A DNA stretch of 64,000 bases from Eledone cirrhosa (Eukaryota): positions 197,346,001-197,410,000 of the forward strand of contig OZ024741.1 in NCBI GenBank assembly GCA_964016885.1, in the 5' to 3' direction. Shown in pieces: positions 40,231-52,200 of this stretch (positions within the stretch are counted from its first letter, which is position 1; every line of letters starts with the position of its first letter). The position numbers and the translations under genes were made by a program. Under the pieces are notes generated by a model. The model made no database searches, had not been told where the DNA came from, and saw only the letters and a list, made by a program, of their open reading frames with translations.

Positions 40231-41674
40231 GTTATTAATAGGTTACTCCTCTTTGTGAAGGCTTAACAGTACCAGTAATTTATCAGTATCACTAATTCTT
40301 AACTAACATATATTTCAAGAGCTGATTAATTCTTCTCTTGCTACAGTATCTATCTCTTTGTTATATTCCCCCGGGAAACTCTCTTTTTTTTTACGATAGT
40401 TTTGTTGGGTTTTTTTATCACTTGCAGTTCCAATCAATAATTCTAAATTGAAAGAAATGTTCATTTAGAATGCTATTATTCCGAACATTTTTCCATATTG
40501 ACCTTATTTATTATGGATTTCATCAACATTATGTCACTCAGTAAATGTTAATCACTTGGTAGTATATCAGTGAATTACATTGTTAATTAATTCATCATTT
40601 CCCTCCTAGAATTATGAATATTTTAACGAGATGCAATACTTTCTCACAATATTTGACATAGCCGGCGGTAATGTTTTAGCTGTTGCAACTTTCAAATGGA
40701 GTTCATTTATCTACAGTTTACGCCTCATGGACAATACATACGTGTTCAATTATTTTGAGAGTTAAACGAACTTAAATCAAAGCCATACAATACATTCATA
40801 CTTACACAAAGCATACAGTAATATTACTGAATGAATTACTGAGAAAAGTACCAGTGGTCATTATTATTGACCTAAAATAAAGCTAAACTAAATCAATACC
40901 AAATCAATACCAAATAATATCTAATAGTCATGGTCATATGAATATTCTAATAGGCTAAACTTTCAGAAATATATTAGCAAAATAAACAAAATCAATACTA
41001 CACGACATTAATATATATCTATGTGTATGACATACGTATGTGTATGTGTAGGTGCCTGCGTAGGTGCGTGAGTCATTTGTGTATGTAGGTTTGTCTGTGT
41101 GTGTGTGTGTGTATGTGTATGTGTGTATGTGTGTGAGTGTATGTGTGTGCGTGTGTGTGTGTGTGCGTGTGCGTGTGTGTGTATGTGTATGTGTGTATGT
41201 GTGTGAGTGTATGTGTGTGCGTGTGTGTGTGTGTGTCTGAGTGTATTCTTTTTCAGTGATGAAAGCAGTGATGAAGATGGAAAATATATATACTGACTCT
41301 GACTGTATGTCCTTTATGAATTTTCATGAAACAAATTAAAAAAAGAAATGACTATATCTCTGCGCGTGTATGTGTGTGTATATGTGTGTGTGAGTGTTTG
41401 TGGGTGTGAACGTATGGACTCGTATATATGTAGGCATATATGTAAGCCAAAGCATATTTTCAAATATACGACAATGCTAAAATCATTGAATAATTCATTC
41501 TAAGGCCAGCAATTTGGGGGAAGGGGAAAGTGGATTATATCAACTCCAGTATTTAACTGGAAGTTATTTTCCCGAACCTGAAAGAAGGAAAGGTAAAGTT
41601 GACCTCGGCGGGATTTCAATTCAGATCGTAGAAAGTCGTAACTAAATAGCACAAAGTATTTTATTAGACACAAA

Positions 41675-41850
41675 GGGCGGTGGATTGGCAGTATCAGTAG
41701 AGGGTCGGACGCCATTCTTTCCAGCATAGTTACGTCCCTCTACGGTCTGAGTTCAAATCCCGCCGAGGTTGACTTTGCCTTTCATCCTTACGGGGTCGAT
41801 AAAATGTAATGCACTGGGTATTTGCTGGCCTTGTGCCTAAAGTAGAAACA
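41675..41850 (+). mobile_element. Full-length young tRNA-derived SINE
   Basis: gggcggtggattggcagtatc (box A) … gagttcaaatcc (box B) … gtagaaaca. Imperfect TSD ttat(t)agacac. Confidence 0.93.
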
Positions 41851-42142
41851 AATATTTTATAGACACTTAGCCAATACTGCCAGTCCAATAATAAAATCAG
41901 TAATAAAATCAATACAATTATAAACTCATTGAAGCCTAAATCAAATATATGCTGAGATAACTTATTTCAACTCAACGGATACCAGTGTTCGCTAGGTTGA
42001 GTAGCTACCAGAAGTAACACTATTCGGAGAGATAACACTACAGTGATCTGTTATTGATGTACATCTACAGGAAGAATGAAAAGTTAAGTTGTAACTATGT
42101 ATACTTGTAAACAAACTAACATTATCTTTTATTATGTCCAAA

Positions 42143-42327
42143 GGGTGGTGGATTGGCAGTATCGGTAGAGGGTCGGATGCCATGCTTTCCAGCATAGTTA
42201 CGTCCCTTTACGATCTGAGTTCAAATCCCGCCGAGGTTGACTTTGCCTTTCATCCTTACGGGGTCGATAACATAAAGTACCAGTAATGCACTGGGTAATT
42301 GCTGGCCTTGTGCCTAAAGTAGAAACA
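42143..42327 (+). mobile_element. Full-length young SINE with 21-bp TSD
   Basis: TSD attatcttttattatgtccaa at 42121-42141 and 42328-42348. Confidence 0.96.
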
Positions 42328-42647
42328 ATTATCTTTTATTATGTCCAATCATACTTGGGATGTAGTGGCTCTACGAGCTATATACCCTGTCGAGTAATGT
42401 TACTCCAAAGACACTTCGGAGGAACCCTATTTCGGCCGCTTGTATTCACAATTATATTCTTTCGGTCACTACCCAAGATTTATGAACATAGGTAGGAATA
42501 CCAAATTGAAGATAGCGAGTTTGGCTTATACATCTACCTGTCTTCTGATGACTGAAAGTTACCTTTCATCCTTACGGGGTCGATAAAATAAAGTACCAGT
42601 AATGCACTTGCCTTGTGCCTAACGTAGAAACAATTATATATACAACA

Positions 42648-43130
42648 TGATTGTAGTCGTCACTTAAAAGCATTTTTCTGCAGCGTTTTGATTAGAGATG
42701 ACAATATTTTTATATGCTACCGTTAGAGACTTTATTTCAGTTCCTCAATACACAGTGGAAATTATGTGCAAGTACGATGTTGTATATATAATTGTTTCTA
42801 CTTTTGGCACAAGGCCAGCAATTACCCAGTACATTACTGGTACTTTATTTTATCGACCCCGTAAGGATGAAAGGCAAAGTTAATCCCGCCGAGGTCAACT
42901 TTGCCTTTCATTCTTAAGGGGTCGATAAAATAAAGTAAGAGTAATGTACTGGGTAATTGCTAGCCTTGTGACAAAAGTAGAAACAATTATATATACAACA
43001 TCGTACTTGCACATAATTTCCACTGTGTATTGAGGAAGTGAAATAAAGTCTCTAACGGTAGCATATAAACATATTGTCATCTCTAATCAAAACGCTGCAG
43101 AAAAATGCTTTTAAGTGACGACTACAATCA
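42648..43130. repeat. Palindrome with ~234-bp arms (SINE 3' half + ~140 bp of flank)
   Basis: 42648-42881 is the reverse complement of 42897-43130, with a 15-nt SINE-derived spacer. A further SINE 3' fragment lies at ~42560-42632. Confidence 0.93.
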
Positions 43131-43259
43131 AATGAATCCCACAGAAAGCAATTACTGGAAAAGCGAAAACAATTGAAGAGTGTTGCTCATTTAAAGTCAG
43201 CCAAACTTACTAGAACAAATATCACTAAAAAAGAAATGCGTTCCTACAAGCGTTGGGGT

Positions 43260-44080
43260 ATCCTTACCGCAATGGTGAGGGGGTTACTCTACATGTTTTG
43301 GGTTATCCTACATTTTATAAGTTACTAAGAATTGTGATGGGTTACCACTACGCGTGATGGATTACCTTACTTGAAATGGATTACCCTACATGTGATGAGC
43401 TACCATACATGAGGTGGGCTACCATATATGTGATGGGTTACCTTACTTGAGATGGGTTACCATATATATGATGGGTTACCCCCATATGAGATAGGTTACC
43501 CTACATGTGATGGGTTACCTTACTTGCGATGGATTACTCTACATGACATGGGTTACCCTATATGTGATGAGCTACCACACAGGAGGTAGGTTACCTTACA
43601 TAAGATGAGCTACCATACATGAGATGGGTTACCATATAGGTGATGGGTTGCCTCATATGAGATAGGTTACCATACATGTGATGAGTTACCTTACATGAGA
43701 TGGGTTACCCTATACGAGATGGGTTACATTACATGAGATGGGTTACCTTACATGAGATGGGTTACCCTACATGAGATGGGTTACCCTACATAAGATGAGC
43801 TACCATATATGTGATGGGTTACCACATATGAGATAGGTTACCCTACATGTGATGCTTTACCTTACATGAGATGGGTTACCCTACATAAGATGAGCTACCA
43901 TATATGTAATGGGTTACCACATATGAGATAGGTTACCCTACATGTGATGGTTTACCTTACATGAGATGGGTCACCCTATACGAGATGGGTTACATTATAT
44001 GAGATGGGTTACCTTACATGTGATGGGTTATCACAACCAGTAACGAGTCACCACTACTATTGATATGTTGCCATTATATT
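43260..44080 (+). repeat. 19-bp minisatellite (acatgagatgggttaccct)
   Basis: Period 19 is clear at 43730-43790. It shares the GATGGGTTACC core with the 20-mer. Confidence 0.92.
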
Positions 44081-44088
44081 TGAAGGTT

Positions 44089-44271
44089 GGTGGATTGGCA
44101 GTATCGGTAGAGGGTCGGACGCCATGCTTTGACGCATAGAGTTACGGCCCTTGCCATTCTGAGTTCAAATCCCGCCGAGGTTAACTTTGCCTTTCATCCT
44201 TATGGGGTCGATAAAATAAAGTACCAGTAATACACTGGGTAATTGCTGGCCTTGTGCCAAAAGTAGAAACA
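44089..44271 (+). mobile_element. Young SINE with 16-bp TSD
   Basis: TSD attatatttgaaggtt at 44073-44088 and 44272-44287. Confidence 0.95.
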
Positions 44272-44617
44272 ATTATATTTGAAGGTTTATCGAGACAATA
44301 TCATGAAGGGGTTACAGACATATTTTAAGAGCTCAATTATTTTTCTTCGCCTACAGCAAATAGTACGTATTTATACAGGACCCTAAATTATTGTACATAG
44401 TTTTGTTCATTCATGTATATATACGTGTGTGTGTGTGTGTGTGTGTGTGAGTGAGAGAAAGTGTGTGTGTTTGTACGTGCGTGTGTGTGTGTTTGTGTGC
44501 GTGCGTGTGTGATTGTGTGTGTGTGCGTATGTATGTATAACCATATGTATATATTTATAAATACCCATAAAGGATAACAAAACAAACAGAGGTTGAATTC
44601 CCGAGTGTAATAGTAGC

Positions 44618-45295
44618 TAGAGACAAATGCATCATCTCTTAAATTATATGTTCACAACCCATCATTGATATTGGTAACCAATCATATTTTTGTTTATATA
44701 TATTTGACAATACAGCTTATTAGAACAGTTATATATCCATGGCCAGTGTATATTATTTGTTATTGATCTTATTTTAGCTTCGTTTTTGGTCAATGATGGC
44801 GACTGATGGTAATTTTCTCAATGTCTGATTCATTACTATTACTGTACCTTTTACTGAGTTTATAGAACAGCGGTTCTCCACCTAGAGTCCACAGTGTTAG
44901 AACTGAGGGTCTGTAGGCTGAGATCAAAATTTAATATATTTTGTTAAAAATATAACATACACATACTATTAGATCTCTATTCCTCCCTGATTATAAGCAT
45001 TTCTCACTTTTGATTGTTATTTTCGCCATATAACAATCTGGGAGGGGAGTAATCGTAACAAGGGGTCTGTGGAAAGATTCCTTTAAATAAAAGGGGTCTT
45101 TGTTAGTGTTGATAGTGAAAACGTTAGAAACAATCGCGAGAGATGTTTTCCACTACCAGCAGTGTACTATATTCCTTAGACAGATATCTACATTGTGTTG
45201 GTTGAACTCACCTAGTTATGTATATGTACAGGGAGTGTAGTTACCACTGTGAGAAATAATACATTTGTTTGTAGCATTGAAATATAATTTTCCTA
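44618..45295 (+). repeat. ~677-bp direct duplication, copy 1 (contains a degenerate hAT-like MITE, cagcggttctc… ~44868-45140)
   Basis: Near-identical to 47706-48382. Confidence 0.93.
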
Positions 45296-46349
45296 TGGGT
45301 GTCTTTTAGAGAAGATTAGTTTCGATCACACTAAATTGCTACATAACAACAACTTGAATGAATCGTTTTCTAAAGATGAGTTTACAATCCATCGGTCCAT
45401 GAGTCTTATATAAAGATTATAGTCTGATTGTTGTTCGGTTATATTTCTTAGCTATGATTACTTCTATTGTAAAATGTCTCTTGAGAATTGTTACATCTAA
45501 ATAATATCTCATTCTGTTCTGTGTAATATAACGGACTGGATCTTAGAACTGTAAACAAGGTAGCTGACAGATAACGTTTTAAATATGATGGCATGAGGGA
45601 AAAAGTGGAATTACAATAATGTGTAAAAGACAATATCAGCATAAGTGTAAATGCAACCGCATCGCATTTACGTACAAGGGACAGTTCAGCTGTCGAGCCA
45701 GTAGCACGACTGAAGATAACTTGGATGAGCATGAGACAACGAGAGAGCCCTTTAAGGGGAATCTAAGACTACATTATCAATTGATTTGATAGAAGTAACA
45801 ACCAAATCAAAACAATGTGTAATAACAAAGGAAGTTTACATTAGATAATGCTTTCTAGAAAGACGTTTTTAAATATATAACATACACACCACACATCAAC
45901 TGATTAATGAAGAAATTAGAGAGATGCTATGGTGTTGCACGACCCGTTTGAAATAGCGAAATCTACGGCAAATTGCATCACGTTATCTTAATAAGGGAAG
46001 GAAACATTCAATAATATAATCTTACGTAATGGCCATGATGCTTTTGATGATAGGCGTACTTGATCGAGCTGACTTGAAGTTAAACAACAATTGAAACGAG
46101 TGGTGTAGGTAGAATGTAATCCCTTGGTTTGTATTTTAGGTTACAGCCTCTTTATTTTGTTTAACTTACGTTACTAATGATGTACGCAGCTCTGGATTAA
46201 ATATTAAGCAAAATAAACACATGCTTAGGCCATTAAGTAAAGAGGGCCCCTGTAACAGTGTTTATCCAGTACAGTATTTGGGGGTACCATAATCTCTTCT
46301 GCTTAGGAAATTTAAAGCTTTTTATCTGACAATGGATTTAAAACACAAA

Positions 46350-47692
46350 GTATGAACCTATGGCTTTGATTTAAGTTCGTTTAACTCTCATAATAATTGA
46401 ACACGTGTGAATTGTCCACTTTATTTGAGATGGAGCGTAAACTGTAGATAAATGAACTCCATTTGAAAGTTGAAACAGCTAAAACATTACCGCCGGCTAT
46501 GTCAAATATTGTGAGAAAATATTACATCTCGTTAAAATATTCATAATTCTAGGAGGGAAATGATAAATTAATTAACAATGTAATTCACTGATATACTACC
46601 AAGTCATTAACATTTACTGAGTGACATAATGTTGATGAAATCCATAATAAATAAGGTCAATATGGAAAAATGTTCGGGATAATAGCATTCTAAATGAACA
46701 TTTCTTTCAATTTAGAATTATTGATTGGAACTGCAAGTGATAAAAAAAACCCAACAAAACTATCGTAAAAAAAAAGAGAGTTTCCCGGGGGAATATAACA
46801 AAGAGATAGATACTGTAGCAAGAGAAGAATTAATCAGCTCTTGAAATATATGTTAGTTAAGAATCAGTGATACTGATAAATTACTGGTATTGTTAACCCT
46901 TCACAAAGAGGAGTAACCTATTAATAACAATGGCAGTCCTTTGTTGGTAGTGGTAACTTATTAAAGGTAATGGTAATCCTTTGTTGGTAGTGGTAACTTA
47001 TTAAAGGTAATAGTAATCCTTTGTTGGTAGTAGTAACTTATTAAAGGTAATGGTAATCTTTTGTTGGTAGTGGTAACTTATTAAAGGTAATGGTAATCCT
47101 TTGTTTGTAGTGGTAACTTATTAAAGGTAATGGTAATCATTTGTTGGTAGTGGTAACTTATTAAAGGTAATGGTAATCCTTTATTGGTAGTGGTAACTTA
47201 TTAAAGGTAATGGTAATCCTTTATTGGTAGTGGTAACTTATTAAAGGTAATGGTAATCATTTGTTGGTAGTGGTAACTTATTAAAGGTAATGGTAATCAT
47301 TTGTTGGTAGTGGTAACTTATTAAAGCTTGAAGTAAACCATCATCGACAATAGTAACCCATCATTGGTAGTTTGCTAATCTTCAATATTAGTGGTAACCC
47401 ATCACAGAAGGTGGTCACCATCATTGTTAGTGGTAAACCATCATTGGTAGTGGTAACCCTTCATTGGTAGCGGTTACCCTTCAATGGCCGTTGTAACCCA
47501 TCAATGCTCAGTGGTCACTCATCATAGGTCACTAGCCCTTCAGTGGTAGTGGTAACCCTTCAATGGTAGTGGTAACCCGTCAGTAGTAGCTGTAAACCAT
47601 CATTGGTAGTTGTAACACCCATTCGTAGCGGTAACCCCCCCCCCCATTGGCAGTGGTAACCCGAGAATTGTAATTGTAACATTCTACTCCTC
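46350..47692 (-). repeat. Inverted paralog of the satellite locus: unique ~580 bp + ~10 x 40-mer + degenerate 20-mers
   Basis: 46359-46940 is the reverse complement of 40215-40787. 40-mers occupy 46936-47326 and 20-mers 47330-47662. 47653-47692 matches the reverse complement of 20033-20079. Confidence 0.95.
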
Positions 47693-47705
47693 ATCTTTAA
47701 AAATA

Positions 47706-48382
47706 TAGAGACAAATGCATCATCTCTTAAATTTTATGTTCACAACCCATCATTGATATTGGTAACCAATCATTTTCTGTTTATATATATTTGACAATAC
47801 AGCTTATTAGAACAGTTATATATCCATGGCCAGTGTATATTATTTGTTATTGATCTTATTTTAGCTTCGTTTTTGGTCAATGATGGCGACTGATGGTAAT
47901 TTTCTCAATGTCTGATTCATTACTATTACTGTACCTTTTACTGAGTTTATAGAACAGCGGTTCTCCACCTAGAGTCCACAGTGTTAGAACTGAGGGTCTG
48001 TAGGCTGAGATCAAAATTTAATATATTTTGTTAAAAATATAACATACACATACTATTAGATCTCTATTCCTCCCTGATTATAAGCATTTCTCACTTTTGA
48101 TTGTTATTTTCGCCATATAACAATCTGGGTGGGGAGTAATCGTAACAAGGGGTCTGTGGAAAGATTCCTTTAAATAAAAGGAGTCTTTGTTAGTGTTGAT
48201 AGTGAAAACGTTAGAAACAATCGAGAGAGATGTTTTCCACTACCAGCAATGTACTATATTCCTTAGACAGATATCTACATTGTGTTGGTTGAACTCACCT
48301 AGTTATGTATATAGACAGGGAGTGTAGTTACCACTGTGAGAAATAATACATTTGTTTGTAGCATTGAAATATAATTTTCCTA
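47706..48382 (+). repeat. ~677-bp direct duplication, copy 2
   Basis: Near-identical to 44618-45295. Confidence 0.93.
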
Positions 48383-48754
48383 CCAAGATTGGAAGTTCAA
48401 TATATGATCAAAGGTCTACCAAATATAAACAAAGTCTTTGAGTATATGGAAGCCAAGAAAAGTTTCAACATGAGAAACTTCTGTTTTACAATTTCCCTTG
48501 TTTCCTATTTTCCTTTTCTTCTTCGTTTTCTTCTCCATAATCTGCCTCCCATTGGCCTTCAATATTTGAAATTTTTATTTTCAATTTTTTTTTCCTATAT
48601 TCTTTCCCTTTTTCTTTTTTTCTTTATTACTTATCTCACTAGCTCTTTTTGATTACCAACTGTAAGGAGTACTCGATACTTCTCCTGGTCTGTCATGACT
48701 TACTTGCTCTCTACGGACGTTTGCGTTGATAAAATAACTAAATAAATAAACATA

Positions 48755-50125
48755 GGTATTGCATAAGTTAGTGAACACTTCTAACTTTAATCAACTTGAA
48801 AATAATTTTAAAAGTCTCTTTTTATGACAAGTAAAACAGTTTGTATAAATACAGATATTTTTCATGCAGGCCGCTGTGGTTGTTGCTGTTGTTGTTATCG
48901 CTTGTATATTTCGCTATCATATTGTTTGACACAGTGTATCTGGAACTACGTTATCCAAACTGCCCTTTGTTTTTAAATGGTAGCGTGTGATCTGAAGGCG
49001 AATTCGATGTCGTTTGTAGCTATTTGTGAAACTATTTAGCGGCGACTTTGTTGGTCCTTTTTCCTCGCACGTTATTTTGCATAATTAAGTTACGGCCAAA
49101 GTTTTATCTTTTATTCAGATGTAAAAAAATCCTAAGAGCGCATCGCTTCTATCATTATTACCACCCCAAGGAAAAGTGCCACAAATTAGTCTCTATTTCA
49201 TGTAATGGTAAATCAGCATATATTTCTTTCGTTTTTATATACGCTTACTTATACATACTTCGTTTACTGCCAGAAACTTATATACCCTCTTAATCCCCCT
49301 CTTCCCATTCGAAGAAGGTAGATCCTTCATCTGGAACGCCACCCGCTGTGACACAAACCCCGGCATCGCATCCCACCTCGCAGAAGAACGTAAAATAAAC
49401 AAATACCAGGGTTTGTCCGGCCGTTTCCTCTTCACACCGGTCACCATCGAGACCTCAGGCGTACTTGGACCCAGTACTGCCGAGCCCCCCGCAAGATCGG
49501 AGCGTCTGAGGAGGGAGACCCGCCAGGTTGGGTGGCTGTTGCAGCGAGTGTCACTGGCCATCGTCCGGGGGAATCCTTTTGTCGTCTTGTCCGCAGGGTG
49601 CAGCACTCCTGCCCCCTTGCTGTAGGCCTAAAGCCCAGTCACCCTCCACCCTCAACTCCTCTCTTCTGAAACACCAGAGCTCTTGCGATCCCCTCCCTTT
49701 CCCGTTCTTTTTCTTCTTTCTTTCTCTCTTTTTGTTTCTCTATATTTCCATTTCCCTATTCTTTCTTACCTTTTGTTTCCCCCTTTTTTAATTTTTTCTT
49801 TCTAAATCAGGTTTGTTTTTTTGATTTTAAATAAAGATTTTCTCATTTATATATATCAAGATCTATGAGAATCACGTTCTCGCTATCTATGAAACTACAT
49901 GGTCTCGATAGCTAAATATATTTTCGATAATTGCCAACCATCTTTAATTCAGAGAGAATATATTTTAAGGACAACGTTTTCCAGCACCAATCTACATTAA
50001 AGATGACAAAGCCACTGTCAGTAACGCTGATTAATAAGCCCACCCACTACACGTTTCTTTCCATTTGACCTGTTGTGTGTCGGTTAGAAAAAATAAAGTA
50101 TCCAGTCTGACTATTTAAGTTGGAC
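48755..50125 (-). repeat. Diverged outer arm of the inverted duplication (paralog of ~19010-20030)
   Basis: Colinear reverse-complement blocks, e.g. attaatcagcgttactgacagtgg…gattggtgctggaaaacgtt (19113-19175 vs ~49973-50034), gtataagtaagcgt…aaatagagactaat, and aagttgattaaagttagaa. Confidence 0.88.
49285..49850 (+). mobile_element. 5'-truncated CRE-clade non-LTR retrotransposon (restriction-like endonuclease end)
   Basis: PFEEGRSFIWNATRCDT…AEERKINKYQGLSGRFLFTPVTIETSGVLG…WLLQRVSLAIVRGN. Pyrimidine-rich 3' UTR with AATAAA. Absent from the left arm of the duplication. Confidence 0.82.
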
Positions 50126-50420
50126 CCACCAAACAACTTGTGATTACATACATTATTAACGTGAGCAAAGCTATTAACTACTCAAGAGTGTCAAAATAGA
50201 AGGGAATTAAATCAACCAACTTCAAATGCACTTGATATAATTATTTTTCCTGAAAAAAAAATGACCTTTGTCCTAACTGTAAAAAATATAAAGCTTACGG
50301 AAGACATGTATTGTGTAGATTGATACATGTAAATGTTTACCAAAATAGCTTATTGAAAAAATGTTGCATTGCGAACATCCTCGTACCAAATCAAAAAGCT
50401 AGTCAAAAGAGATTATTCCA

Positions 50421-50704
50421 TGGCAGTATCGGTAGAGGGTCAGACACCATGCTTTCCAGCATGGTTACGTCCCTTTACGATCTGAGTTCAAATCCCGCCG
50501 AGGTTGACTTTGCCTTTCATCCTTACGGGGTCGATAAAATAAAGTACCAGTAATGCACTGGCTAATTGCTGGCCTTGTGCCTAAAGTAGAAACAATTATT
50601 TATTTAAAGATGTTAACTTTGCCTTTCATCCTTACGGGGTCGATAAAATAAAGTACCAGTAATGTACTGGGTAATTGCTGGCCTTGTGCCTAAAGTAGAA
50701 ACAA
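50421..50704 (+). mobile_element. Two tandem young SINE copies (50421-50594; 50612-50704)
   Basis: Box A/B and the same 3' tail …gtagaaacaattatt appear twice. Confidence 0.93.
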
Positions 50705-50709
50705 TTATT

Positions 50710-51680
50710 CCAATTACAGAAGGATCTCCTTGTTAAGCCTCCCCGTTAAAGTCTATGCTAAGTGTCTGGTAAAGAGACGTAGGGATATTGTCGAGTCCAA
50801 GGTAGCTAATGAAAAATGTGGTTTTCGCCCCAGACACAGCACAGCCGACCAAATATTCACACTGCGGCAAGTATTCGAGAACTCGTAGGAATATTGCCAA
50901 GAAGTATATTCTTGCTTTGTAGACCTTCATAAGGCATATGACCGCGTTCATCGGGACCTGCTATGGAAGGCTGTGCAGGAGTATGAAATTGATGATCAGA
51001 TTCTTGCTGACCTGATGTCTATACGAACGCCCGAGTATTTGGGTTCGGATAAATGGTGCTAAATCGAAATCATTCAATGTGGGAGTCGGATTCCACTAAG
51101 GGTGTATACTGTCACCTCTCTTATTCATTATTTACAGGATTGACATGCACAGCCGGGTTGGAAGTGGTATCATGACTAGCGGGTGTAAAATCAGTCGGCT
51201 GGAATTTGCAGACGACATGGTGTTACTTACGTAATTGGACAGAAGATGATCTTCGACTTGCACACGATAGGTTTGATGCTGAGTGCTGCATGGCTGGAAT
51301 GAAAATCAGTGCTGCGAAAACTGAGATAGTCGTCCTCTCACGGAAGCCTGCGCAGTGCACTTTAAGTGTGAATGGAGTTCCACTGAATTAAGTAAAGAAG
51401 TTCAAATATCTCGGAGCCGTCTTCATGAGTAAAACCTACCGACAGGAGACCTAGGGGTAGATCCCAAGCAAGATTGTTGGATTGTTGGATTGTTGGATAA
51501 CATACATGGGGTTGGTTTGTCTCGCTTGGGGGTCCATCCGGATCAGTTGGAGACGATTGCTTCAGACAGGACCAGCTGGAAGGAGTGCTTGAGGACTGCG
51601 CCTACGATCCTCTCAGGAATAAGTAGGCGGAGAGGCAGAAGAAGAAGAAGAAGAAGAAGAAGAAGAAGAAGAAGAAGAAT
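50710..51680 (+). mobile_element. Decayed Rex3/Expander-like RTE LINE with internal deletion and (GAA)n tail
   Basis: NYRRISLLSLP, CGFRPRHSTADQIFTLRQ, CFVDLHKAYDRV, EFADDMV, KFKYLG, then a jump to RRPRGR. (GAA)n at 51637-51679. Confidence 0.88.
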
Positions 51681-51749
51681 CTCTCGTGCCAGTCATTGAT
51701 CTCATCTATTATCGGGCTTATGGGTTGGTGATCATGAAGGTAGTAAGAG

Positions 51750-52200
51750 TTGATATAAATTGTCATTAGAGACTATAGGAAACAGTAAAAACTACTGTCG
51801 TAATATATGTGCAGATCATTTTATTCAAACTCCAATTCAAATCGGTGGTGCTGGTGTCACAGTTGAAATTGATGAAAGCATATGTAGCTCATGTAAAAGA
51901 ATAGTGGCTTTTTAAAGATTTTCAAGTAGGTTCTTGAATGTATTTAGTAGATGATAGAACAACAGAGATACTGATATATGTACTGTAAAGTTGAGTTTTG
52001 CTAGGAACAACTATTATAAACGATCACTGGATGTCATACAACACCATCAATCAAATTTGTTTTTATCACCTAATAGTCAATTATTCATTGAATTCTGTTG
52101 ATCCAATGACACGTACAACTACGAACCTTGTTAAATGGCAATGAAATTGTGCAAAACGAAATAATCAAGATATTAGTACACGTTGTACACAGTCAAACTT
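51750..52200 (+). pseudogene. Merlin / IS1595(ISXO2)-like DDE transposase relic
   Basis: IQIGGAGVTVEIDESI (51835-51882), GTTIINDHWMSYN (~52004-52042), VNYSLNSVDPMTRTTTN (~52076-52126). These match Merlin motifs IGG.G..VEIDES, GT.I.SD.W.AY and VNHS.NFVDP.TG.HTN. Confidence 0.75.

Noticed and set aside
41675-41765. tRNA genes at box A/box B motifs
   Set aside because: They are SINE heads that continue into the SINE body and tail with TSDs. No full cloverleaf.
46936-47326. Telomeric repeat or G-quadruplex role for the satellite's G-rich strand
   Set aside because: No TTAGGG, and only GG doublets with long spacers. There is no support beyond strand asymmetry.
44618-48382. LTR retrotransposon bounded by the 677-bp direct repeats
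   Set aside because: No TG/CA termini, PBS, PPT, TSD or internal coding remnants.
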